Source: Candidatus Poribacteria bacterium (GTDB taxonomy: Bacteria; Poribacteria; WGA-4E; PCPOR2b). Taken from it: a stretch of DNA of 64,000 nucleotides. Position 1 is the stretch's first letter, and each line of letters opens with the position of its first letter. Below the pieces are notes generated by a model. That model did no database searches. It was not told the DNA's origin and worked only from the letters and a program-made list of their open reading frames with translations. This document shows, piece by piece, positions 18,463-28,232 of this stretch. The stretch spans positions 2,349 through 66,348 of the forward strand of contig JAGWBT010000001.1 in the NCBI GenBank assembly GCA_021295755.1, written 5' to 3'. Position numbers and translations under genes: made by a program.

Positions 18463-21285
18463 ATGGATACACGAACAGATCAGCGAATTCATAAACCACC
18501 GAATCAACTTCCCTCTAATCCATCTTTCATGTCCTGCCTTTTTCCGGTAGCGTTTCATGTGATGCTTATCTTCTCCGCTGTTGCCCTCAACTCCGCTTGG
18601 AGCCGATCTGGGAGTCTCCCCGTTGTTGAAATCCAGTACAGGCTAGATGGTGCAATCCTCAATTCAGGTTCGCTGTATGCGGATGTGACGCGTAAGACGC
18701 GGGTCCAAATTGGAAATACCGCGTCGCCTTATCAAATCCGCAAAAGCATTGAAGGGATATATACAACTGGTCTCTTTTCTCAGGTTACAGCAATCGAGAT
18801 GCCTATACAAGATGGGGTCCGATTGACGTTCGATCTCACTAGCAAGGTACGAATTGGAAAAATTGCGTTTAAGGGGAACAGTCTAAGCGATGATCTGCTC
18901 CTAGGCGTAGTGGTCTCTCACCCAAAAAAGGAATATTCCATGGAGATCGCAGAAGATGATCGGCGTAGAATTCTTGATTTATACAAAGATTACGGATATT
19001 TTCAGACAGAAATTCGTCTGAGCGCCTCTCCTAATCCCGACTCCTCACATCAGATGGATTTGTCATATAATATCTACGAGGGTAACCAAGCGCTTATTCA
19101 GGCCATCCGGTTTGAGGGTGTCAAATCAATTGATATTGAGAAGTTAGAAAAAAACACTAAAAGCAAAAAAGGTGAAATCTACCGCAAGCAATCCGTTGAT
19201 GCCGATACCAATCGCCTTCGAGAGTTATATCGGAAAAATGAGTATTTGACTGTAAAAGTCATACCCGACCCAGTCTACAATGACTCAACTGGTACAATTA
19301 TCCTTAATTACAAAATTATCGAGGGGAAAAAGATCAGAATCGAATTTATTGGCGACGGTATTGACGAATCGGAGCTTGAGGAAACTCTGGGTCTGTTCAA
19401 ACGGGATAGTTTTTCGGAGACGATTCTTAAAAGTACAGAACAACAAATTCTTCAAATCTATCAAGGGAAAGGGTATTACGAACCGATAGTGAGCCACAAG
19501 GTTGAAAGAATATCGGGACAAGAAGAAGTTATCTATTTCGAGATTCAATTGGGACAAGCCCCGCGAATTCGGAATATAAATTTCGATGGGAATACGGAAT
19601 TTTCAGATACAGTCTTGCTAGATCTGATGGAAACCCAGCCTCGCAGTCGATTTGTAGTCCCCGGATTTGGATGGCTATTCTCCAAAGGTATTTATAACCC
19701 AGCAACACTTGAAATAGACAAGCATGCACTGGAACTCTTTTACAAGAACCGTGGTTATCCAGATGTTCGGGTCGCGAGTGATGCCCCGGAGATCGATAAA
19801 GATAATAAGCTCATTTTGCATATAAAAATTAACGAAGGGGAACAGAAAATCGTAGACCAGGTTGCAATCGAAGGCGCGACAATCTTTGAAACGACTGAAT
19901 TATACACAAAACTAGACGCGCAAGCTGGGAAACATTACAGCGATGATATAACGAGCGATGATGAGCGCTATCTCGAATCCCTCTACAGTCAGGAGGGATA
20001 TATCTATGCACATATCAGCCATCACTATAATCCAGAAAGCCGCACGCTCACCTATCAGATTTCTGAGGGGGTTCAAGCCAAGTTTGGCAAATTCAAATTC
20101 GATGGGGATGGGAAAATCAAACTGCATGTTTTGCAGCGCGAATTTGAAAATCTCAGTTTGGTTGAAGGAGCAGTGTTTAACGAGGAGCGTTTATTTGCAG
20201 AATCTCGACGATGTTTATCGACTACCGGTCTCTTTACCGAGGTCGAAATTAAGGTGCCCGACCGATATGAGGAAAATACGGAAATTATTGATGTTGACGT
20301 AAACGTTGAGGTACGAAAACCAGGAGCAATCAGCGTCAGCGGGGGATATATCTCCTCTGAGGGTATTCGTGGAACATTAGGACTTGCCCACAACAACCTG
20401 TTCAAACGTAACATGAAAATTAGTGGGAAAGTTAGTCGGGGGACAAGAGGTAATCTGTATGAGATAACGTTGATTGAACCGTGGTTCAAACTGGCACCCC
20501 TCGATAAACTGATTGGACCCACAATAGGGACATTCCGTCTGTTCAACGATAATCTGGAGGAATACGAAGATATACGGGCGCGAGGTGGAACGGCAAACCT
20601 TGCCAAACGGCTTGGACAATACAGCAATCTTGCAGTACAGTACAAATCTCAAGATCTACGCGATCGTGAAGACCCGCCTAAAATTCAGACTACGGTGAGT
20701 AGTCTCGGTATCGAATTCCATCGAGACAGCCGAGATCATTTCCTGAACCCCAAGAACGGCTGGTTTAATGAAGCTGCGATTGAGTATGCCGGTGGATTTC
20801 TCAAAGGGCAAACCAGTTTCTTCAAATTTACAACCGATCATCGCTACTATTGGCAGTTTTGGGGAGATGCTGTCCTTGCCAGCGCAATTCGCCTTGGGTA
20901 TGAAAAAGGGTTGAGAGGAAACCGTGACCGGCAAATTATCTCCTTTGAGCGTTTCTATGCCGGCGGATCAAATACGGTTAGGGGATACCCGGAGCGGAGC
21001 CTTGGACCGGAAGATGAATTCGGCAATCATCGTGGGGATGTGTTATTCATTCTGAACACGGAACTCCGTTTTCCAATCTATAGGTTCATCGGTGGTGCGC
21101 TATTTTTGGATACAGGTAATGTATGGGATAAATTTTCGGATATCCAGGGAGACCTTCCACGTATAGCAATAGGGTCAGGTGTACGGTTAGATACTCCACT
21201 TGGACCTGCCCGCGTCGATATTGGGCTACCGGTAATGGAAGAATTTAAGCCCATCCTTTACCTGCAACTTGGCCAAGCATTTTGA
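18463..21285 (+). CDS. bamA: outer membrane protein assembly factor BamA (Omp85 family)
   Basis: Signal peptide; multiple POTRA-like repeats; C-terminal beta-barrel ending in aromatic residue (…LQLGQAF). Start chosen at ATG 18463 after GGAAGGAGGTGGA; the track ORF begins at 18430. Confidence 0.85.
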   Translation: MDTRTDQRIHKPPNQLPSNPSFMSCLFPVAFHVMLIFSAVALNSAWSRSGSLPVVEIQYRLDGAILNSGSLYADVTRKTRVQIGNTASPYQIRKSIEGIYTTGLFSQVTAIEMPIQDGVRLTFDLTSKVRIGKIAFKGNSLSDDLLLGVVVSHPKKEYSMEIAEDDRRRILDLYKDYGYFQTEIRLSASPNPDSSHQMDLSYNIYEGNQALIQAIRFEGVKSIDIEKLEKNTKSKKGEIYRKQSVDADTNRLRELYRKNEYLTVKVIPDPVYNDSTGTIILNYKIIEGKKIRIEFIGDGIDESELEETLGLFKRDSFSETILKSTEQQILQIYQGKGYYEPIVSHKVERISGQEEVIYFEIQLGQAPRIRNINFDGNTEFSDTVLLDLMETQPRSRFVVPGFGWLFSKGIYNPATLEIDKHALELFYKNRGYPDVRVASDAPEIDKDNKLILHIKINEGEQKIVDQVAIEGATIFETTELYTKLDAQAGKHYSDDITSDDERYLESLYSQEGYIYAHISHHYNPESRTLTYQISEGVQAKFGKFKFDGDGKIKLHVLQREFENLSLVEGAVFNEERLFAESRRCLSTTGLFTEVEIKVPDRYEENTEIIDVDVNVEVRKPGAISVSGGYISSEGIRGTLGLAHNNLFKRNMKISGKVSRGTRGNLYEITLIEPWFKLAPLDKLIGPTIGTFRLFNDNLEEYEDIRARGGTANLAKRLGQYSNLAVQYKSQDLRDREDPPKIQTTVSSLGIEFHRDSRDHFLNPKNGWFNEAAIEYAGGFLKGQTSFFKFTTDHRYYWQFWGDAVLASAIRLGYEKGLRGNRDRQIISFERFYAGGSNTVRGYPERSLGPEDEFGNHRGDVLFILNTELRFPIYRFIGGALFLDTGNVWDKFSDIQGDLPRIAIGSGVRLDTPLGPARVDIGLPVMEEFKPILYLQLGQAF

Positions 21286-21397
21286 ACGTGCGATCGACAA
21301 CACAAAGACCATCTTGATATCTTATTGGTTCTGCTTTAATTCGATGCAGACCTCTAACAGTTCTGGTTTACGTCAACAAGAAATAAGGAACGGACAG

Positions 21398-22288
21398 ATG
21401 AAATTGACACGTGAACAAATTGAAGAATTCAGAACTCAAGGGGTATTAATCGTCAAGAATGCCGTACCTGAACCCGGGTTAGATCCTGTGATTGCCGAAC
21501 TTGAGGCTTGGGTTGATAGACGTGCGTGTGAGCTACACACTGTGGGGAAAATTCAGGAACCGTATCCTGATGCTCCCTTCGAGATACGCTTTGGGCTCCT
21601 CTATAAACAGTGCAAAGAGGTGGGTGATGGACTCGACATCAGTATATCTCGCGGTCAAGCGATGTTTCAGTTTCTGCACAATAAGCATCTGCTTGATACA
21701 GTAGAATCACTCGTCGGTCCAGAAATCACCTGTAATCCTATTCAACATGCGCGGACTAAACCGCCGACAGCATACGATGGACACACTGGGCCATCATTCC
21801 ACGTCGTTCCTTGGCACCAAGATGCCGGCGTGATGATGCCCGAGGCTGAAGTTTCAAACATCGTAACTTGTTGGCTGCCTCTGGGAGATGCAACGATCGA
21901 AAGGGGATGTATGCAGGCGCTTCCCGGCGTGTTTGATCTTGGTTATCTGAGTCACTTCAAAGAAGAAGCCGCGACTGTTACGATCCGCCCTGAAGTGCTA
22001 CCGTCAGTCGAACCGATGGATCTCGTGTGTTCCAAAGGTGATGTCGTTCTATTGAATAAATTCACGCCACACCGTTCAGTTCCCAACGTCTCGGACAAAT
22101 GCCGGTGGTCCCTGGATCTGCGCTACCAGACCACGGGACATCACACGGGCAGAACAGCTTACCCAGAATTCATAGTACGCTCTCCAAGCAATCCTGCGAG
22201 TGTTTTGCGCGATTATGACGAATGGTCCCGGCTTTGGATTGATGCCCTTGAGAAGCCCAGAGGGGTAACGATGCACCGGACAGATTAA
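21398..22288 (+). CDS. phytanoyl-CoA dioxygenase (PhyH) family Fe(II)/2-oxoglutarate oxygenase
   Basis: MKLTREQIEEFRTQGVLIVKNAV N-terminus typical of PhyH family; HxD...H candidates (WHQDAG ... TPHRS). ATG 21398 preceded by AAGGAA; the track ORF starts at 21269 overlapping bamA. Confidence 0.7.
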   Translation: MKLTREQIEEFRTQGVLIVKNAVPEPGLDPVIAELEAWVDRRACELHTVGKIQEPYPDAPFEIRFGLLYKQCKEVGDGLDISISRGQAMFQFLHNKHLLDTVESLVGPEITCNPIQHARTKPPTAYDGHTGPSFHVVPWHQDAGVMMPEAEVSNIVTCWLPLGDATIERGCMQALPGVFDLGYLSHFKEEAATVTIRPEVLPSVEPMDLVCSKGDVVLLNKFTPHRSVPNVSDKCRWSLDLRYQTTGHHTGRTAYPEFIVRSPSNPASVLRDYDEWSRLWIDALEKPRGVTMHRTD

Positions 22289-22350
22289 TCGCGATTGCGG
22301 CTTCATAGGTTAATTTCCATCTAGATCAACGTAAATAGCGGAGGAAATTC

Positions 22351-23238
22351 ATGTTCAATTTTTGTGGTGCATGGCCCGCTTTGGTCACACCTTTCACTGC
22401 CGAAGATAAAGTGAATGTACCGGTGTTACAAGAGCTAGTAGAGTATTTGCTAGATAAAGGGGTAGGAGGATTTTACGTCTGCGGAGGCACCGGAGAAGGG
22501 CTATTCATGGTGCCAGAAGAACGAAAGTTGGTCACTGAAACCGTGGTTGACCAAGTAGATGGGCGCACACCTGTCATTGCGCATGTTGGTAGCATGATTG
22601 TCGGTGATGCGGTCCAGTTAGCACAACACGCACAAGAGGCAGGAGCTGCGGGAATAAGCAGCGTTATCCCACCGATGTTTCAGAACAGTGAAAGTCTCTA
22701 TACTTACTTCGAGCGAGTTGGAGCTGCTGCACCTGAAATACCGCTGCTTACGTACATATTCGGTGGCCCCACCGACGCCGTCGCGCTGATGCGGCGGTTG
22801 ATGGATATACCGACCGTTGCCGGTGCGAAGTACACGGGACCCAATATGTACGAATTTAGAGAGATTGTAGAGCTGCGAAGAGATAACTGGAGGATTTTTT
22901 CGGGTATGGATGAGCAGTGTATTTACGCTGCGATGCAGGGCGCGTGCGGCAATATCGGTTCAACCCTCAATTATAACCCCGGAATCTATCGTGAGATACA
23001 CAACAACTACGGAAACGGGAATATCGCTAAGGCGCAGGAACTCCAAGTGTATGCCAATAAAATAACCCGTGTGCTGTTTTCCTTCGGTTTCTTTGGTGCG
23101 ATCAAAGAGGTGATGTGCATGTTGGGCTTCGACTGTGGGAAACCGCGGCTGCCTCAACTTCCATTCGCTGTGGAGAAGCGAGAGGAGTTAAAAGCGGAAT
23201 TAGAGTCCATCGATTTCTTCACCGTGGCAGAAATGTAA
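22351..23238 (+). CDS. dihydrodipicolinate synthase/N-acetylneuraminate lyase (DapA) family enzyme
   Basis: ALVTPF motif near N-terminus, GGTGEG motif, Schiff-base lysine region (AGAKYTG). 295 aa. Confidence 0.8.
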   Translation: MFNFCGAWPALVTPFTAEDKVNVPVLQELVEYLLDKGVGGFYVCGGTGEGLFMVPEERKLVTETVVDQVDGRTPVIAHVGSMIVGDAVQLAQHAQEAGAAGISSVIPPMFQNSESLYTYFERVGAAAPEIPLLTYIFGGPTDAVALMRRLMDIPTVAGAKYTGPNMYEFREIVELRRDNWRIFSGMDEQCIYAAMQGACGNIGSTLNYNPGIYREIHNNYGNGNIAKAQELQVYANKITRVLFSFGFFGAIKEVMCMLGFDCGKPRLPQLPFAVEKREELKAELESIDFFTVAEM

Positions 23239-23259
23239 TTCTTGGTCCTCTCCTCAGAA

Positions 23260-24087
23260 TCAGCTGAGCCAACACTCTGGCGTATAGGCTTCACGCAAGA
23301 ACATCTTTTTACGCGCGGGATCTGCGCGTTCAATCCATTCCGCCGGAATTTCTTGGGTGTAGCGATGTGGTGGTCCTATCTCCTTGAAAATGTCGATTAG
23401 GAAAAGTCGATACGCCTGCGGGGAGTCCAGCGACTTCGGTTCAACACCGTGAAACATCCGAGCGTTAAGATAAACCATGCTTCCCGGCGGAAGTTCTAGG
23501 TGTCGCACCGCAAGTTTACGACCCGCAACCTCGTCAAATTCTCCCGCTAGAAGCCTTTCCTGTGTAACATCCGCCGTTGGTGGAACCCGATGACTCCCCG
23601 GGATAACTGAGAGGCTTCTGTCGCCCCGTGTGAACCCATTAGGGTAGTAGAGTATCTGAATGTACCATTTATCCCTTTCGGCAAGGTTTATCGGGTTCTC
23701 ATGGCGCCAATGGTGGTGGTCTTGGTGGAAACCGAGCCGTCCTACGCCGCGAGGGGCGATGTTCATCGCGGAATGGCAAAAGTGATAATCGGGACCGATA
23801 GTCGCCTGGAGCAGCGCCGTAACAAGCGGTGCGTCGATCAGTCGATCCGCCCACGGTCCCCTGTCATTCCACGGTCTGACGAAGTATACGGTTGGATCGC
23901 TCGGCTTGCCGTCTTGGTCCTCCAAAGTGCGGAGATATTCACGGGCACCAGCCAGGTTGAGCACCTCATCAGTCAATGCCGAAAGCGCTTCCTCCGTAAA
24001 AACTTCGGGTATCGCAACGTAGCCGTCCCTATGAAAATCCTCAAGATTTTCTTGCGACGGCGCATCGATGTGAAATATCGGACTCAT
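23260..24087 (-). CDS. phytanoyl-CoA dioxygenase (PhyH) family protein, second copy
   Basis: N-terminus (FHRDGYVAIPEVFTEEA) and His-rich core (HQDHHHW ... HGVEP) typical of PhyH. Start taken at ATG 24087 (RBS GGAGA), avoiding the 68-nt overlap implied by the track start 24168. Confidence 0.7.
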   Translation of the reverse strand: MSPIFHIDAPSQENLEDFHRDGYVAIPEVFTEEALSALTDEVLNLAGAREYLRTLEDQDGKPSDPTVYFVRPWNDRGPWADRLIDAPLVTALLQATIGPDYHFCHSAMNIAPRGVGRLGFHQDHHHWRHENPINLAERDKWYIQILYYPNGFTRGDRSLSVIPGSHRVPPTADVTQERLLAGEFDEVAGRKLAVRHLELPPGSMVYLNARMFHGVEPKSLDSPQAYRLFLIDIFKEIGPPHRYTQEIPAEWIERADPARKKMFLREAYTPECWLS

Positions 24088-24100
24088 GATTGATTCTCCA

Positions 24101-25129
24101 TTAATTAAGGGGTAGGGCAACCGGCGTATGCGCCTGTGCAGACTGGCGACAGGCGAGACATAACTCAATCACGTGCTGGGCATCCTCAATGGTCAAATCC
24201 GGGTCTGTTTTGTTCTGGCAACATTCCACCCAATGGGTCATTTCGTCGAGTAGGTTGTTATTTTGGATTCGGTAAAAATTACTGACCCCCTCTTTTGTGA
24301 AAAGCGTTCCTTCATACACGCTTTGCTGCGTCCGAATCGCACCTGTTGTACCGACTAACTCAACCTCATAAGCGGGCAGCCTAAAACCGTCAACGGAAAA
24401 ATAGATGTCAATCGAACCCATGACCCGATTCTCAAATCGTAGGATAATCTTACCATTGTCCATAAAGGGTGAGCGATCTGAAAGGTAATTGTCATATTCT
24501 GCATAAACCCTTGTTACTTCTGAACCTGCGAACCATCTAATCACATCGGCAGCATACCAAATCAGAGACAGTTCTGGTCCCCCTTCTGCTTCCTCCCAAT
24601 ACCAATCATCCTTTGGAAAACTATTTATGTTTCCGTGTTGATGCAACGCCCGAATCGAAATCAGTTCGCCAATCGCCCCGTTTTTGAAACGCTGATATGC
24701 TTCGCGGATACCCCCGTCGAAGCGCTCCGTTGTGCCGGAGGTGGCAATCACTCCGTGCTCCCGCACCGCTTTTACGATACGTTCCGCTGCATCGACGCTA
24801 GTCGCCATCGGCTTGGCGATGTAGATAGCCACACCCAAAGGGGCAACCTGTTCGACAAGACGAACCGCTTCGGTGTTCTTGGCACAGATACAAACCGCAT
24901 CCAACTCCTTCTCTTGAATCATCTCGACCGGGTCATGATACACTTGGAGACCATACGCTTCAGCAAATTCTGCTGGTGTTTTCCCGAGGGAGGTAGAAAT
25001 CAGGTTTGAATCATAGTCCAAATCTGCGCACGCCACTAGTTCGGCGTTGGAAATACTGCTCAGACAATTCGCGAAGGCATGGGGCCAATAAACACTCTGG
25101 AGTCCAACAATACCTGCTCTGATGCCCAT
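24101..25129 (-). CDS. Gfo/Idh/MocA family NAD(P)-dependent oxidoreductase
   Basis: N-terminal Rossmann motif (IRAGIVGLQSVY...), EKP motif region (AKPMAT). 342 aa. Confidence 0.8.
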   Translation of the reverse strand: MGIRAGIVGLQSVYWPHAFANCLSSISNAELVACADLDYDSNLISTSLGKTPAEFAEAYGLQVYHDPVEMIQEKELDAVCICAKNTEAVRLVEQVAPLGVAIYIAKPMATSVDAAERIVKAVREHGVIATSGTTERFDGGIREAYQRFKNGAIGELISIRALHQHGNINSFPKDDWYWEEAEGGPELSLIWYAADVIRWFAGSEVTRVYAEYDNYLSDRSPFMDNGKIILRFENRVMGSIDIYFSVDGFRLPAYEVELVGTTGAIRTQQSVYEGTLFTKEGVSNFYRIQNNNLLDEMTHWVECCQNKTDPDLTIEDAQHVIELCLACRQSAQAHTPVALPLN

Positions 25130-25167
25130 TATTGTCTCCTCTTATGCCACATGCCGTCCCTCAGAGG

Positions 25168-25818
25168 CTAAATCAGATGTAACCAATCGGCTAGTAGGAA
25201 GTCAACCCGTTGAATGAGCAGAGATACACGACCCATCACCGTGTTACCAAATGCTGAACCGAAGCCAATCATCAGAAAGACAATACCAATCTTTGAAACG
25301 CCGCCAACCACGCCCCGATGCTCCACAGAAAAGAAGAAGTAGGTCAACGTTGACATCACACCGATAAGCATAAGAATGACACCAAAGATTTGAAACGGAC
25401 CTAACTCGCCCGCATGAATCTGTGCAAATGGAGCCAACGTCCCATGCACCTGCTGAAAGATGTCAGCTCGCATTACATTTGGAATTGCTAAACCGGATCC
25501 TACCCCGATGAGGATAGCAATTGGATACCGAATTAACCACCCGTGTGTCGGGGCAAGACGTGTAAAGAATAACGCGCCAATACCGATTGGAATAAGCCTC
25601 AACAAGCCAACCCACTGCTGCTGCGTGACAGCTTGTGCAATGGGCTTCCACGCGAACGGTATAAAACCTTGGTGGATTGTAAGCACAATACCGTAGCCCA
25701 CCGAGACCCCCACAAACAGGTGTTCCGCAAATCGGTAAAACGGATTATCTCGATACAGAAAACTAAAGATGCAGAGTGTAAGTAGTGCAGCCACCCAGGT
25801 ACCAATCAATTCCGCCAT
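25168..25818 (-). CDS. hypothetical polytopic membrane protein (about 6 TM), operon member 4
   Basis: 216 aa, strongly hydrophobic helices throughout, no recognisable family. Gap of 17 nt to the upstream gene. Confidence 0.6.
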   Translation of the reverse strand: MAELIGTWVAALLTLCIFSFLYRDNPFYRFAEHLFVGVSVGYGIVLTIHQGFIPFAWKPIAQAVTQQQWVGLLRLIPIGIGALFFTRLAPTHGWLIRYPIAILIGVGSGLAIPNVMRADIFQQVHGTLAPFAQIHAGELGPFQIFGVILMLIGVMSTLTYFFFSVEHRGVVGGVSKIGIVFLMIGFGSAFGNTVMGRVSLLIQRVDFLLADWLHLI

Positions 25819-25835
25819 GTATGAAACCTCCTGTT

Positions 25836-26651
25836 TTATTCAGCTTGACGCCGTTGGATAAAGAAGGCGATATTACCTAGAATCACAAGCCCGACAACCA
25901 GTAGATGTGCGAAGGATTGGATGCTCATGCCTTCGGTCCCTTTTGCGGGTTTCCCAATTAGCTTTTCATACTCTGCAGCGCCTAAGAGGCCGGGCATCAA
26001 ACCGATCAGCTGCTTTGTCTGTAAGTACGGGTACATCTGCGACACAATCACCCCAGTCACACCCGCGGCTATCTGCTGGTTATACCTTGTGTTTGTATAA
26101 ACAATCCACCATTCCGTGGAGCTGCCCGATGCTAGGTCGAGAACCAGATCAACCTGATCATAATTTTTGATATCCGTCATCATGGGAATTTCCGCGAGTT
26201 GGGTTTCGGCATAATCGGCTTCAAAAACGGAATCGATTGCCGTACCCATTCCTAGAAGCACCTGCGTTGCGCCCGGCCGAAAGCCCAAATAGACGTAATC
26301 TTCACCATAAACCGCTCCCGCTTCGGCGGCGGTCTCCGACAACATTCCATCTCCCAACGTTGCCCCTTCCGCCAGAAGCGTCATGCCAATAATCCGAATC
26401 TTGTTCCGAAAACAGTGGTGTATCACCGCTTTTGCCATCGGGTGGAGTTCCGCTAACGACGAGGGGCCGTAGTTAAATCCAATCATGAGGGTTGAACCGG
26501 CGGGCAGCGCTTCAATATAGTCGTAGGTACTACGCGTCGGTTGTGAAACAGTGATAGGAAAACTGACTGACAGCAAGGAAGGAATAATTACCGCCAATGC
26601 AACCAAAATGAAGACAATTCGCCGATCTATGTTCATTAGTTTTTCGATCAT
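25836..26651 (-). CDS. hypothetical bitopic membrane protein (N- and C-terminal TM helices flanking a soluble domain), operon member 3
   Basis: 271 aa. N-terminal TM (IVFILVALAVIIPSLL), C-terminal TM (LLVVGLVILGNIAFFIQRR). The C-terminal region resembles that of the 27336 product. 3-nt gap to the upstream gene. Confidence 0.6.
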   Translation of the reverse strand: MIEKLMNIDRRIVFILVALAVIIPSLLSVSFPITVSQPTRSTYDYIEALPAGSTLMIGFNYGPSSLAELHPMAKAVIHHCFRNKIRIIGMTLLAEGATLGDGMLSETAAEAGAVYGEDYVYLGFRPGATQVLLGMGTAIDSVFEADYAETQLAEIPMMTDIKNYDQVDLVLDLASGSSTEWWIVYTNTRYNQQIAAGVTGVIVSQMYPYLQTKQLIGLMPGLLGAAEYEKLIGKPAKGTEGMSIQSFAHLLVVGLVILGNIAFFIQRRQAE

Positions 26652-26654
26652 TTT

Positions 26655-27305
26655 TTAATCTCCTTCTACGCCTCCGAGATATGAACGTTCAATACCCAAG
26701 ATGATACGAATTGACTGAGAAATCACACCGAGGCTGATGCCAAGAATAATACCCCGTCGTGCGGAGAGATTCGGATTATCTAAAATCCACTGCCGCGCTG
26801 CAGAAGGCAAGTTCTCTCCAAATGGCATTATCGTGTTCCAGATGAGATCCCCAACGGGGGCATTCCCAACCATGACAACTAGTGCCGCAGCAAGTAGCAG
26901 GGTCGCCTCAAGGGTGCGGGCCCGAAAAGCACGATAGGCAGCAGAGGCGATAAAAAATGCGAGAAGTGAAAACATCGTTGCATCCATTGGCACTTGCACG
27001 TTTTCAAACAGCCACACAAAAGCCGGATGCCTTTGGCCAAACGGAATGCCAATCGCAACCATAACGATCATTCCAATGAAGACCAGAAAGCTATATTGCC
27101 AATATTCACTGCGCCGACGGATGCGGACCCAGTGGGTCTGTATCAAGGTTGCGATAGCTAGTACAAGTGCGAATGGACCGATAACCAATGCCCAATCGAT
27201 GACCTCCTTGTTGAGCCCTTGAGAAAATGGGTGCGGGCTAAATTCGGTAAGTGCCATCACAATACCAAATGCGAAACAAAGGATTAACGGAACTTGTCGT
27301 CTCAT
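26655..27305 (-). CDS. hypothetical polytopic membrane protein, operon member 2
   Basis: 216 aa (same length as 25168..25818), 5-6 predicted TM helices, no recognisable motifs. 30-nt gap to the upstream gene. Confidence 0.6.
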   Translation of the reverse strand: MRRQVPLILCFAFGIVMALTEFSPHPFSQGLNKEVIDWALVIGPFALVLAIATLIQTHWVRIRRRSEYWQYSFLVFIGMIVMVAIGIPFGQRHPAFVWLFENVQVPMDATMFSLLAFFIASAAYRAFRARTLEATLLLAAALVVMVGNAPVGDLIWNTIMPFGENLPSAARQWILDNPNLSARRGIILGISLGVISQSIRIILGIERSYLGGVEGD

Positions 27306-27335
27306 AACACCTCCTGAAGCCTGAAACGTAAAACG

Positions 27336-28232
27336 CTACTTAACTCGCTGGAAGAAGGTCGTCATCCAAGTAATCCCGAAAAGTTCGAGAATGACGCCAA
27401 TCACGATAGCACCAAAAATCATCACCTTGCCGTAATCTTGCCCCTTGAGACTACCGAGCAGCATCGGTTCTCGAGACAGGTACGCGCTAGCTGCGTATAG
27501 TTCTTCACCAATCAGTGTATAGTCACACGCGGCGATGAAGAACGGTAGTTGGTGCTCCTTGTCGGTTCCGGCGATCTGGATTGCCCCGATGGAATTGCCG
27601 GTTTCCGCCAAAATCAACGATTCAGCAAAAAACGAACCTTGCAGGAAAACTGCCGCCGGCTCTTCCCGAACCATCATTCCATCAACACCCGCAGCATAAG
27701 CGAATTGACTTTCTGTGAGGAAGAAGATGTTCTCCTCATTATAGGCATCAGGTCGTCCTTCATTGAGATAAGCGGTTCGCACCATCTCCCGAACTACATT
27801 CATTACAATAGGATCATTGCACGGGACTCGCAGCGGCGTTTCATAATCCGCGGTCTTCTGTGCCACTTGGCTGAGGATGTTCATACTCGCGATGGTTGCA
27901 ACGTTGCTGACACCTCCCAAGCCAAGGATGTACATAATCGAACGTCCCATCTCCGTCGCTCGACCAATTGCCTCATCTACCGCTTCAAGTCCGGGAATAC
28001 GACGGATAAACAGTTCCTTCCCACTTCGAGCATGGTAGATACAATAGACTACTGTGGCTGAGTACAGGAGCACGGCGAGGAAAATCCATATTTTGGCGGT
28101 GTCAAACAATCGGGTATCTTCGGTTGTTGTTGCTTCTTGTGCAAAGGCATTAAGGCCACACCCTAGCACAAAAACCAGTATAACTAACCCTTGAACCACC
28201 GGTGATGGACAAAAGATTTTTTGCCCTTTCAT
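27336..28232 (-). CDS. hypothetical membrane/lipoprotein-like protein with soluble domain and C-terminal TM, operon member 1
   Basis: Start chosen at ATG 28232 (MKGQKIFCPSPVVQGLVILVFVLGCG, lipobox-like, RBS GGAGG); the track ORF extends to 28286. C-terminal TM (VMIFGAIVIGVILELFGITWMTTFF). Confidence 0.6.
   Translation of the reverse strand: MKGQKIFCPSPVVQGLVILVFVLGCGLNAFAQEATTTEDTRLFDTAKIWIFLAVLLYSATVVYCIYHARSGKELFIRRIPGLEAVDEAIGRATEMGRSIMYILGLGGVSNVATIASMNILSQVAQKTADYETPLRVPCNDPIVMNVVREMVRTAYLNEGRPDAYNEENIFFLTESQFAYAAGVDGMMVREEPAAVFLQGSFFAESLILAETGNSIGAIQIAGTDKEHQLPFFIAACDYTLIGEELYAASAYLSREPMLLGSLKGQDYGKVMIFGAIVIGVILELFGITWMTTFFQRVK

Noticed and set aside
19280-20934. Several sense-overlapping and antisense ORFs inside bamA (19285..19557, 20073..20645, 20656..20934 and others)
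   Set aside because: Embedded in a well-supported Omp85 gene. Their translations are low-complexity.
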